Origin: Synergistaceae bacterium | GTDB lineage: Bacteria; Synergistota; Synergistia; Synergistales; Synergistaceae | Assembly (NCBI GenBank): GCA_031289955.1 | Contig: JAITOL010000150.1 | Coordinates: 1,247 to 65,246, forward strand | Reading direction: 5' to 3' | DNA: 64,000 bases | Shown: piece by piece, positions 1-8,277 of the stretch | Layout: every line of letters starts with the position of its first letter | Position numbering within the stretch: the first letter of the stretch is position 1 | The notes under the pieces: generated by a model | The model's database searches: none | Seen by the model: the letters and a program-made list of their open reading frames with translations, nothing else | Told to the model about the DNA's origin: nothing | Position numbers and translations under genes: made by a program

Positions 1-159
1 TTAAAATTTAGGCATGTCTTTCATTTGAGCTAAAATAGCCTTTTTTCTCTGGCTTGTTGGAATTATATCATTCTAATATAAAATCTTTTTAAGTATAAAC
101 AACTATATATAAAAAGGGAAATTGCTTAATAAACCTTATTAGTCGATGACGCTACCCCC

Positions 160-192
160 AAAAATAAAGGCCGCCATCGTGCTGGCGGCCTT
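160..192 (-). terminator. Rho-independent terminator after tpiA
   Basis: Inverted repeat AAGGCCGCC (167-175) / GGCGGCCTT (184-192) with an 8-nt loop. On the minus strand the stem is followed by TATTTTT (166-160). It lies 28 nt after the tpiA stop. Confidence 0.8.
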
Positions 193-219
193 ACTAAACA
201 TTGTATTCGGTTTGTTATT

Positions 220-1011
220 TTAAAGCGACGTCTCTATTATTTTCTCGAAAGAATCCAAATCCAAAGACGCCCCGCCTATCAACAGCCCGTCAATATTGCT
301 CTGGGAGAGCAATGACCTGCTGTTTTCCGGTTTCACTGAGCCTCCGTACAATATCCGCAATGAATCGCTCGCAGCTATTCCAAACTTGTCGCAAGCCAGT
401 GTGCGGATATAGTCGCACGCTTCCTCCGCGTCGGCGTCGGACGCGGTTTGCCCCGTACCTATCGCCCATACGGGCTCGTAGGCAATGACGACCATATCGG
501 CCAGGATGTCGCTCGTGAGAGAGCGCCAAGCGGATTCGAGCTGCGTCGTCAGAACGTGCTTCATGCTGCCGGAGTTGCGCTCATCGAGCAGCTCTCCGAC
601 ACAGAATATCGGAAGCACGCGGGATTCCAGCGTCGCGATGAGTTTTTTCTCGAGCTCCTCGTTCGATTCGCCGAACACATGCCGGCGCTCACTGTGGCCT
701 ATTATGGCGTATTTACAGCCGGCCTCCTCCAGCATCGACAGGGATACTTCGCCGGTAAACGCGCCCTTTTGTTTGTGATACACATTCTGGGCGGCTATCT
801 GAATAAGATCCGATTTTTTCGCGGAAACAGCCGACGCGATCAAGGTAAAAGGCGGCGCCAGCACAACCTCCACCCGTCCGCTCTTTACAGCGCGAGCCGC
901 TTTTTGACCCTCGCCTTCCGCGAACCATTTCTCCAGGCCGCTTATAAAATCAGCCGTGGCGGCCATCCCATTGTTCATCTTCCAGTTGCCGGCTATCATT
1001 TTCGCGCGCAT
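220..1011 (-). CDS. tpiA: Triosephosphate isomerase
   Basis: 263-aa ORF with IAGNWKMN, IIGHSERR and AYEPVWAIGTG motifs. Last gene of a gap-pgk-tpiA arrangement. Confidence 0.96.
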   Translation of the reverse strand: MRAKMIAGNWKMNNGMAATADFISGLEKWFAEGEGQKAARAVKSGRVEVVLAPPFTLIASAVSAKKSDLIQIAAQNVYHKQKGAFTGEVSLSMLEEAGCKYAIIGHSERRHVFGESNEELEKKLIATLESRVLPIFCVGELLDERNSGSMKHVLTTQLESAWRSLTSDILADMVVIAYEPVWAIGTGQTASDADAEEACDYIRTLACDKFGIAASDSLRILYGGSVKPENSRSLLSQSNIDGLLIGGASLDLDSFEKIIETSL

Positions 1012-1023
1012 GTCGATACCCCG

Positions 1024-2214
1024 CTAGAGAACGTACGGTTCGACGCCGGGAAGCATCTTGCCCTCGAAGAATTCGAGGGAAGCGCCGCCTCCGGTCGATA
1101 CGTGCGAAACTTCTTTTTCAAGCCCGAACTGGGCGATCGCCGCGGCCGAATCTCCCCCGCCGACGACCGTCATCGCTCCGGACTTCGTGATTTTAGCGAG
1201 CGCATCCCCCACCGCCTTCGTTCCGGCGGCAAAGGGAAACATCTCGAATACGCCCATGGGCCCGTTCCACAGAACCGTTTTGGCGTGTCCTATCGCCTCG
1301 CTGAACGCCTTTATCGACTCGGGGCCGATATCGAGCCCCATAAGATCGGAGGGCATATCCTCAGAGGACACAATTTTAACCGCGGCGTCGGGCGAGACTT
1401 CCGAGGCCGCCACGATGTCGGAGGGAAGTATGATCTCGACGCCAGACGCCTTCGCGCGATCCTCCATCTCGCGGGCGAAGTCGAGTTTTTCGGCCTCGCA
1501 AAGAGAGTGACCTATCTCGTAACCCTTCGCTTTGAGGAACGTAAACGCCATTCCTCCGCCGATTATTATGGCGTCCACCTTCGCGATCATATTCTCGATG
1601 ACGTTGATTTTGTCTGAAACCTTCGCCCCGCCCAATATGAGCACAAAGGGATGTTTCGGATTGTCGCGCGTGGCGCCCAGCATCTCTATCTCGCGGATCA
1701 GAAGCGGCCCCGCGAAGGACGGCAGGAAATCGACTATTGCCCTCGTGGAGGCGTGTGCCCTGTGAGACGCGCTGAAGGCGTCCATTATGAACACCTCGAA
1801 AGGAGACGCCAGTTTGCGCGCGAACTCGGCGTCGTTCTTCTCCTCCTCCGCGTAGAAACGGAGGTTTTCGAGGACGACGATCCCACCCTTTGGGAGGGAG
1901 GATACCGCGGACGGAACGTCCGAGCCTATACAATCCGAGGCAAACGCCACAGAAGTGCCGATTGTTTTGGACAATTCATCTGCCACCGGCTTGAGGGAGT
2001 ATTTTGCGTTGACCTGGCCCTTCGGCCTGCCAAGATGAGAACACAACGCTATTTTTGCGCCCGCCGCTGAAAGCTCCTTTATAAGCGGCACATGCGCGTT
2101 TATCCTGGTGGCGTCGGACACATGGCCGTCGCCCGACAGGGGCACGTTGAAGTCGACCCGGACAAGAACCTTCTTACCCGCTATGTCCTTGGGCGAGAAT
2201 GTCTTCAGTTTCAA
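1024..2214 (-). CDS. pgk: Phosphoglycerate kinase
   Basis: 396 aa with VLVRVDFNVP at the N-terminus and GGGDSAAA in the C-domain. Sits 12 nt upstream of tpiA. Confidence 0.96.
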   Translation of the reverse strand: MKLKTFSPKDIAGKKVLVRVDFNVPLSGDGHVSDATRINAHVPLIKELSAAGAKIALCSHLGRPKGQVNAKYSLKPVADELSKTIGTSVAFASDCIGSDVPSAVSSLPKGGIVVLENLRFYAEEEKNDAEFARKLASPFEVFIMDAFSASHRAHASTRAIVDFLPSFAGPLLIREIEMLGATRDNPKHPFVLILGGAKVSDKINVIENMIAKVDAIIIGGGMAFTFLKAKGYEIGHSLCEAEKLDFAREMEDRAKASGVEIILPSDIVAASEVSPDAAVKIVSSEDMPSDLMGLDIGPESIKAFSEAIGHAKTVLWNGPMGVFEMFPFAAGTKAVGDALAKITKSGAMTVVGGGDSAAAIAQFGLEKEVSHVSTGGGASLEFFEGKMLPGVEPYVL

Positions 2215-2217
2215 AGT

Positions 2218-3243
2218 TTACAACCCCTTTTTTATCATGAGGTCGATGAGATCGGCAACCCTCGTGCTGTAACCCCACTCGTTATCGTACCATGACAACA
2301 CCTTCACCATATTGTCGATCACCGTGGTGTGCTTCGGGGCGAATATGGACGAATGGAAGTCGCCCAGGAAATCCATCGACACCAGGTCGTCGGTCTCGTA
2401 ACCGAGTATGCCCTTCAGAGGACCTTCGGCGTATTTCTTCACCGCTTCGTTGAGCTCTTCCTTTGTGGCGGGTTTTTTCAATTCAGCCGTGAGGTCGACC
2501 ACAGAGACGTTCGGCGTCGGAACGCGAAGCGCGAAACCGCTCAATTTGCCCTTGAGGTGCGGAATGACTTCGGCTATAGCCTTGGCCGCTCCGGTGCTCG
2601 TGGGAATTATGGAAAGCGCCGCCGCCCTGCCGCGCGTAATGGCGCTGAGCCCCTTCTTCGGGGGAAAGTCCAGCGTCACCTGGTCGTTCGTGTATGAGTG
2701 AATTGTGTTCATGAGTCCTTTGACGATGCCGAACGTCTCATCGATAGCCTTGACTACGGGAGCGAGGCAGTTCGTCGTGCAGGACGCGTTCGAGATGATG
2801 TTGTGCTTCTTCGGGTCGTAATCGTTGTCGTTGACGCCCAGGACTATCGTGACATCCTGATTCGTGGCGGGGGCGGAGATTATGACCTTCTTTGCTCCTG
2901 CCTCGATATGAGCCTTCGCCTTCAGGGCGTCCGTAAAACGTCCCGTGCTCTCTATAACTATGTCGACGCCGAGATCCTTCCACGGCAGCTTCGTTGGATC
3001 CGGCTCGGCCGTGGCTTTTATCTTGTGCCCGTTCACGTTCAATATGTCGCCCGCAAGCTCGACGGTCCCTGGGAAGCGGTGAAAGACCGAGTCGTATTTC
3101 AGAAGATACTCCAAAACATCCGGAGGGGTCAGGTCGTTGACCGCCACCACGTCGAAATCGTGTCCGCCCTTTGCGAAATACGAACGCAGGAACACTCGTC
3201 CGATGCGTCCGAAACCATTGATCGCCACTTTGCCTTTTGCCAT
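2218..3243 (-). CDS. gap: Glyceraldehyde-3-phosphate dehydrogenase
   Basis: 341 aa with the INGFGRIGR NAD-binding N-terminus and the active-site motif SNASCTTNCLAP. Confidence 0.96.
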   Translation of the reverse strand: MAKGKVAINGFGRIGRVFLRSYFAKGGHDFDVVAVNDLTPPDVLEYLLKYDSVFHRFPGTVELAGDILNVNGHKIKATAEPDPTKLPWKDLGVDIVIESTGRFTDALKAKAHIEAGAKKVIISAPATNQDVTIVLGVNDNDYDPKKHNIISNASCTTNCLAPVVKAIDETFGIVKGLMNTIHSYTNDQVTLDFPPKKGLSAITRGRAAALSIIPTSTGAAKAIAEVIPHLKGKLSGFALRVPTPNVSVVDLTAELKKPATKEELNEAVKKYAEGPLKGILGYETDDLVSMDFLGDFHSSIFAPKHTTVIDNMVKVLSWYDNEWGYSTRVADLIDLMIKKGL

Positions 3244-3330
3244 TGAAATTACCTCCTTGATTGAATGTCTCGCTGTCAGATTAACTGATCTCTCCGATAG
3301 GAAATTTTTGTTACTGCCTGCATCCCAACC

Positions 3331-3359
3331 AGATTAACAAAAAACACACAAATGGTCAA
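3331..3359 (-). promoter_or_regulatory. Candidate sigma70-type promoter of gap-pgk-tpiA
   Basis: On the minus strand: TTGACC (3359-3354), a 17-nt spacer, then TAATCT (3336-3331). The -10 element lies about 90 nt upstream of the gap ATG. AAGGAGG Shine-Dalgarno at 3251-3257. Confidence 0.5.
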
Positions 3360-3374
3360 TGTCACACGCGCGCA

Positions 3375-5366
3375 CTAATTCTTAATCAGATCCTCGTTCA
3401 TGACGCGCAGCAGTTCGCCAAGCGATATCGCGCTCAATACGTCGCCATGCGGCTTGTAGGGCATTACTCCGTCGAAGTATTCAGCCACTCCTCCCAGGCA
3501 TCCCCTGCGCAGGTGAGACGAGAACGGGCGTATGAAACGCCAGCCGATCTCGGTATTGTCCGGGTTAAAGCGCATATAGGCGGTGATGAAATGCGCCAGA
3601 AGCCATGGCCAGGCCATACCGCGCAATTTCGCCTTCTTTTTCTGATCCGGACGCCCCTCCGAGCGGCCCTTGAACTTCTCCTGATGCGGATCGAGAGTGC
3701 GAAGGCCGTAAGTCGTGTAAAGTTCGTTCCAGCATGTAGTGAAGACGATTTTCCCCTTGTCCGCCGGAAGGAGAGTATGGGGAAGCGACACCGAGAATAT
3801 GGCGTTCGGGCGTATTGAATCGTCGCGTTTTCCATCTGACGGATCGACCCAATCGTACAGATATCTGGTATTCTCGTTCCAGAACGTGGCCTCAAACGAC
3901 TTGAAAACCTCTTTCGCCAGCCCCCCATACCGCGAAGCGCCGTCGCCGTCCCCCGCTTCGCGCGCAATCTCCTCCATGAAACGAAGGGCGTTGTACCAGA
4001 GGGCGTTCACCTCCACAAGATATCCTTTGCGCTCTACGATGACCTCTCCGTCCGCGTCGCCGGACATCCAGTTGTGAGTTCCCTCGAGATTGAAATATTT
4101 AAGGAGCTTGGACTCGGCGTCCATCACAGCGCCCAGATCCGCGTCTTGGGCCGTATATTTTTCAAGTATGTTCCGGAGTTCGCCGTAGCGCTCGCGCGCG
4201 AAATCGCGTCCGCTCGCGGTTGTGTACTTCATGACAGCGTAGAAGAACCACAGGCCGGCGTCTATATCTCCCAGCTCCGCGCTGCCTCCGGCGTTTATTG
4301 ACGACGGCATGATTCCGCCGCATTTACCGGCGTAATCGAGCCAGCTCTCGAGAATGCCCTTCGCCACGCCGGAGCGTCCCGTTGCGAGAGTGAGCCCTGG
4401 CAGAGAGATGAACGTATCTCTCGCGCGACGAAGCACCGAGGGGAATCCGGAAAAAATCGCCGGGGACGCCCCTTTATTTTCCGCCACGAGATGACAGGAG
4501 GATTGGGCCATATTGAGCGCCATGCTGTTGTCCGTGTTGAGGGACACCCCCCCGATGAAGGAATTCTGCCTTTTTATCGTCTCGTCCATGAGGGTTTCCA
4601 GCTCTTCCACCGTGTAGGAGAGAGGTTCCTCGGAAAGCACAACATAGAACACATCGCCCTTGCTCAGGCTCACGGAACCGTATCCCGGCGACCAGAGCGA
4701 GTCTATCGCCGGCTTGTCGGGCAAATTATTGCGCTCATATATGAGATTTTCAAACCACAGAGGTTTTCCCGACCATTTAACGGCGCCCGATCCGTCGGTG
4801 AACGAAATGTGGCTTATAAAACCCCTCCCGGAGACGTTGACGATGCCGCCCGACGCCTCGAGCGATTTGAAATCCGACGAAGCCTGATCTCCGCACGCGT
4901 CGTTATTTATCCTGTGCGCGAACAGAGGTCGTATATCCATGCTGATTGTCTCGGGGGATTCGAGAAGCTCGTATCTGATGATCGTACATGTTCCGTTGTG
5001 CGGCATGAATATGGATTTCTTCAGAAAAATACTGTGGATCACGAAAAGCATTTCGGGATGCGGAGTTCCCTGATATTCCTGCAGATACCTGAATCCATCC
5101 GGATAAATCAGGTCTTTGTAGCGGTTGGTGGAAAGTTGGTACTTTTTATTGCCGGCGTAAAGAGTCTCTTCCAGTTTGCTTATCAGCACGGTGTGCGTTT
5201 CCGAATCGTTTGGACGAACCACCAGAAGTCCGTGCTCGCTCCTTGTGTTGGCGCCTATCACGGTGGAAGAACCGTAGCTTCCGGCGCCGTTCGAAACAAG
5301 AAACTCGCGTTCGGAGCCCTTGTCGTAGGTGTTTACGTCCGCCTTACCGAGGTACATGACAATCAT
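3375..5366 (-). CDS. Glycogen debranching enzyme (amylo-alpha-1,6-glucosidase family)
   Basis: 663 aa. The N-terminus (EFLVSNGAGSYGSSTVIGANTRSEHGLLV) and the long C-terminal glucosidase-like region match bacterial/archaeal-type debranching enzymes from memory. The start ATG overlaps the whiA stop (ATGA at 5363-5366). Confidence 0.8.
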   Translation of the reverse strand: MIVMYLGKADVNTYDKGSEREFLVSNGAGSYGSSTVIGANTRSEHGLLVVRPNDSETHTVLISKLEETLYAGNKKYQLSTNRYKDLIYPDGFRYLQEYQGTPHPEMLFVIHSIFLKKSIFMPHNGTCTIIRYELLESPETISMDIRPLFAHRINNDACGDQASSDFKSLEASGGIVNVSGRGFISHISFTDGSGAVKWSGKPLWFENLIYERNNLPDKPAIDSLWSPGYGSVSLSKGDVFYVVLSEEPLSYTVEELETLMDETIKRQNSFIGGVSLNTDNSMALNMAQSSCHLVAENKGASPAIFSGFPSVLRRARDTFISLPGLTLATGRSGVAKGILESWLDYAGKCGGIMPSSINAGGSAELGDIDAGLWFFYAVMKYTTASGRDFARERYGELRNILEKYTAQDADLGAVMDAESKLLKYFNLEGTHNWMSGDADGEVIVERKGYLVEVNALWYNALRFMEEIAREAGDGDGASRYGGLAKEVFKSFEATFWNENTRYLYDWVDPSDGKRDDSIRPNAIFSVSLPHTLLPADKGKIVFTTCWNELYTTYGLRTLDPHQEKFKGRSEGRPDQKKKAKLRGMAWPWLLAHFITAYMRFNPDNTEIGWRFIRPFSSHLRRGCLGGVAEYFDGVMPYKPHGDVLSAISLGELLRVMNEDLIKN

Positions 5367-6253
5367 CCCCTTTTTTTCTCATTTTTATTCTCTCCCCAGA
5401 TGATGGATTCCAGTTTCCTCCATCTATATTCGACGGTGCTCTTGCTCACAGGTTTCGATAAAATCTGTCCAAGCTCGCCCAAAGAAGCGCTCGGGTTCGC
5501 TCTTCGCGTTCGCGCCAGCTCCGCCAGCTCCGGCGAGAGCGAGAGCCACAAACCGTATTCGTCAAGGGCGTTGACCAGCGACATCTGCGCGCGCGCGGCG
5601 GTGAGGCTCTTGTCGATGTTGGCGGAATCGCAGTTGACTATTTTATTCGCGACCCCTCTCACCGATCTTATCACGGCCGTCTCTTCCAGCAAAAGAGATG
5701 TTTTGACAAGTCCTATCCTCGACATGCATGTGACCACGCTTTCGAGGTCGCGAATCAGGTATTCCTCCTTGCCCTTTATCGTCCTAACCCTCGGTGTGAT
5801 ACCGGACGCGCGAAGCACAGAGACGACGCCCGAGCCGCAAACAAGACCCGAGGACATGCGTAAAACCATATGATATCCGTTTTGAGGCAGGTATATCGCT
5901 CCGCAGCTTCCCCATACGCCGCGAAACCAGGCCCATTTCTTCAGACCCCGAAATTCCGATACCCTCCTTGCGTACTCGTCACGCTTCATCACGAATATCG
6001 CTTTGCCCCTGTCCTTATCCAATTCCAGCGAGCCGTTCCTCGCAACCATTTTCCCATTAAAAGGCTCTTCGTTCAAGCCCCTGCACAGCTTCAACATTCT
6101 CCGGGCCACAACGAGCCTGCGGGTATCGATACGCACAAAATCCCCGTCCGAACGCGCGGGCAGCGCCGACAGAAATCCCGACAGCTCCGGCGAGGCGTCC
6201 TCCACCCCAAGTTCCAGCAGTTCATCCCACAGAGTGACGTTGATCTTTTCCAT
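5363..6253 (-). CDS. whiA: DNA-binding protein WhiA
   Basis: 296 aa with a C-terminal helix-turn-helix (SLGELGQILSKPVSKSTVEYRWRKL). Canonical position after rapZ-yvcK. Confidence 0.87.
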   Translation of the reverse strand: MEKINVTLWDELLELGVEDASPELSGFLSALPARSDGDFVRIDTRRLVVARRMLKLCRGLNEEPFNGKMVARNGSLELDKDRGKAIFVMKRDEYARRVSEFRGLKKWAWFRGVWGSCGAIYLPQNGYHMVLRMSSGLVCGSGVVSVLRASGITPRVRTIKGKEEYLIRDLESVVTCMSRIGLVKTSLLLEETAVIRSVRGVANKIVNCDSANIDKSLTAARAQMSLVNALDEYGLWLSLSPELAELARTRRANPSASLGELGQILSKPVSKSTVEYRWRKLESIIWGENKNEKKRG

Positions 6254-6264
6254 ATGTCGATACT

Positions 6265-7404
6265 TTACTCGAACAGATTGTTCTCGCGGGAATCTCTAGC
6301 TATTCTCATCAGAATCTCCGCCAGGTTTTGAGAATGATGGCGCAGATATTTTCCGTCTTTTATGTTCACAAGATCGGCGGAGACGATGGCGCAATCGTTG
6401 CGTTCGAGATACAGCTCCTCCTCTCTCGACAGGTAGAGCGGTTCCGCCCCCCTTTCCCGATAGCGCAGAAGATAATCCTCCGGTATCGGGGTGTGGTTCA
6501 CCACGATATAGTCCGGCATTTCGCCAAGTACGCTCGATATCCAGTCGAGGTGCGCCGTTATATTCATGGTCTCCGTCTCGTTCTTCTGCGTCATCAGATT
6601 AGCCACGTATACCTTGGGCATAGGCGAATTTCTGATCGCCACAGTCACCTCCTCGAGCAGGAGGTTGGGAAGGATGCTGGTGAAGAGGCTTCCTGGCCCG
6701 AGAACGATCATATCGGCGCCGGATATGGCGTCTATCACGTCGGAAAGCGGCTTTGCCGACGAAGGCTCGAGCCACATTCGTTTCATCAGGCTTCCGTTAT
6801 CCGACAGTTCGAGTTCGCCCTTGACTGTGCGTCCGTCCACAGTCTCGCCGTGCAGCACGACCGTCTCCGTAGTGACAGGCAGAACCCTTCCGCGAATGGC
6901 GAGAAGCTTGTTGAGCTCCTCGACGGCTTTGCTGAAATCTCCCGTCAGCTCGCAGGCCGCCAGAAGAATGAGATTGCCCAGGTTGTGCCCGTTCAGCTCT
7001 CCCCTGTCAAAACGAAAGTTGAGTATGCGGTTCAGCGAGTTGTCGTTCTCCGCAAGCGATACGAGGCAGTTTCTGATGTCTCCGGGAGGAAGCACCCCCC
7101 ATTCCTGTCTGAGGCGTCCCGAGCTGCCCCCCTCGTCTGTGACCGCGACCACGGCCGTTATATTTCTCGTAAAACCCTTGAGCCCGGAGAGCAGTGTCGA
7201 AAGCCCGGTTCCTCCGCCTATGCACACGAAATTAGGGCCGTGCAGGAGCCTCTGTTCGATGGCGTTCCCCATTATATCCCGTCTGTGCCGCGGCGTATTC
7301 CATGACTTGCCCGCTGTGCGCAGTTTGTTTCGGATGGGCAGAAGAGCCGTGAGCACGCAGCCGATTAGAAAACCGGACGCCAGGATAACTATGGGGCCGG
7401 GCAT
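6265..7404 (-). CDS. yvcK: YvcK/CofD-family (gluconeogenesis factor-like) protein with an N-terminal transmembrane segment
   Basis: Family motif CIGGGTGLSTLLSGLK. Start set to the ATG at 7404, which overlaps the rapZ stop (TGATG) and has GGAGGA 6 nt upstream. Residues about 4-23 (PIVILASGFLIGCVLTALLP) are hydrophobic. Confidence 0.87.
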   Translation of the reverse strand: MPGPIVILASGFLIGCVLTALLPIRNKLRTAGKSWNTPRHRRDIMGNAIEQRLLHGPNFVCIGGGTGLSTLLSGLKGFTRNITAVVAVTDEGGSSGRLRQEWGVLPPGDIRNCLVSLAENDNSLNRILNFRFDRGELNGHNLGNLILLAACELTGDFSKAVEELNKLLAIRGRVLPVTTETVVLHGETVDGRTVKGELELSDNGSLMKRMWLEPSSAKPLSDVIDAISGADMIVLGPGSLFTSILPNLLLEEVTVAIRNSPMPKVYVANLMTQKNETETMNITAHLDWISSVLGEMPDYIVVNHTPIPEDYLLRYRERGAEPLYLSREEELYLERNDCAIVSADLVNIKDGKYLRHHSQNLAEILMRIARDSRENNLFE

Positions 7405-8276
7405 CAATTGTCCTCCAGATCGATATCTCTGTGATTTGTCGCTGTTCTGAGCCCTGTATCAGATATTATCTTGGAAAGTTGTTCGGCTATGGCGACGGAA
7501 CGATGCCTGCCTCCCGTGCACCCTATGGCGACATGAAGCTGCTTTTTACCGGTGTTCTCATAATGCTTGAGTATAAATTCCATAAATGAGACGAGATGTT
7601 TCATGAAGACCTGTTTTTCGGGGATACGGTCGAGATAATTCTGCACCTCTATATCGCGCCCCGAGAGTTTTTTTAGATCGGGAACGTAGTTTGGGTTCGG
7701 CAGAAACCTCATATCGAAGAGATAGTCGCAGTCGCGCGGTATGCCGTTTTTAAATCCGAACGAGCTCACTATCACAGTGAATGGATACTCGTCAAGGCCC
7801 AGCTTCGCCAAAAACGTTTCCCTAAACTCGGTATTGTTCATTATGGACGTGTCTATCACCACATCGGATTTCTCCATGACCGTAGTAAGTTCGCCGCGTT
7901 CCCTGGCGATCCCGTCCATTATCGTCGTCCCCTCGCCGAGGGGGTGGCGGCGTCTCGTGGTTTCGTATCTGCGGACAAGCGCTTCATCCGTCGCGTCGAG
8001 AAAAACCCTCCGCGTCATGATCCCATTGTCCTCAAGAGTCGTCACCGCCGAATCGAGATCGCAGGAAGCGCTTTTTCCGCACGCGTCCACGACGGCGCCA
8101 ACGCCCGACGACTGGGCCGCTCCGTTTGTCGACACCACTTCCATAAGGGACGGCAGCATCACAGGAGGCAGGTTGTCCACAACGTAAAACCCAATATCCT
8201 CCAGTATGCGGAGCGCCGTGCTCTTGCCCGCTCCAGACAGTCCGGTGATTATGATGCACCTAGCCTCTCCACTCAT
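7404..8276 (-). CDS. rapZ: RNase adapter / nucleotide-binding protein RapZ (YvcJ)
   Basis: Walker A motif ITGLSGAGKST. The ORF-track start (8327) overlaps the upstream gene by 50 nt. The internal ATG at 8276 (MSGEARCIIITG) lies 1 nt after the upstream stop and has GGAGGG 7 nt upstream. Confidence 0.9.
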   Translation of the reverse strand: MSGEARCIIITGLSGAGKSTALRILEDIGFYVVDNLPPVMLPSLMEVVSTNGAAQSSGVGAVVDACGKSASCDLDSAVTTLEDNGIMTRRVFLDATDEALVRRYETTRRRHPLGEGTTIMDGIARERGELTTVMEKSDVVIDTSIMNNTEFRETFLAKLGLDEYPFTVIVSSFGFKNGIPRDCDYLFDMRFLPNPNYVPDLKKLSGRDIEVQNYLDRIPEKQVFMKHLVSFMEFILKHYENTGKKQLHVAIGCTGGRHRSVAIAEQLSKIISDTGLRTATNHRDIDLEDN

Positions 8277-8277
8277 A

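Noticed and set aside
1-24. Minus-strand ATG at 24 suggesting a gene running off the left edge.
   Set aside because: The frame stops after 7 codons (the TAA at positions 3-1), so it is not a gene.
448-1617. 389-aa plus-strand ORF, and similar long ORFs at 4491-5873, 12967-14304, 27005-28129, 34039-35106, 45944-46927, 55620-56678 (plus strand) and 61202-62203 (minus strand).
   Set aside because: Each lies antisense to a gene with unmistakable family motifs (tpiA/pgk, debranching enzyme/whiA, ftsZ, ftsI, infB, the TagA fusion, ispG, thrS). Their translations are Arg/Pro/Gly-rich low-complexity strings typical of stop-poor antisense frames in high-G+C DNA.
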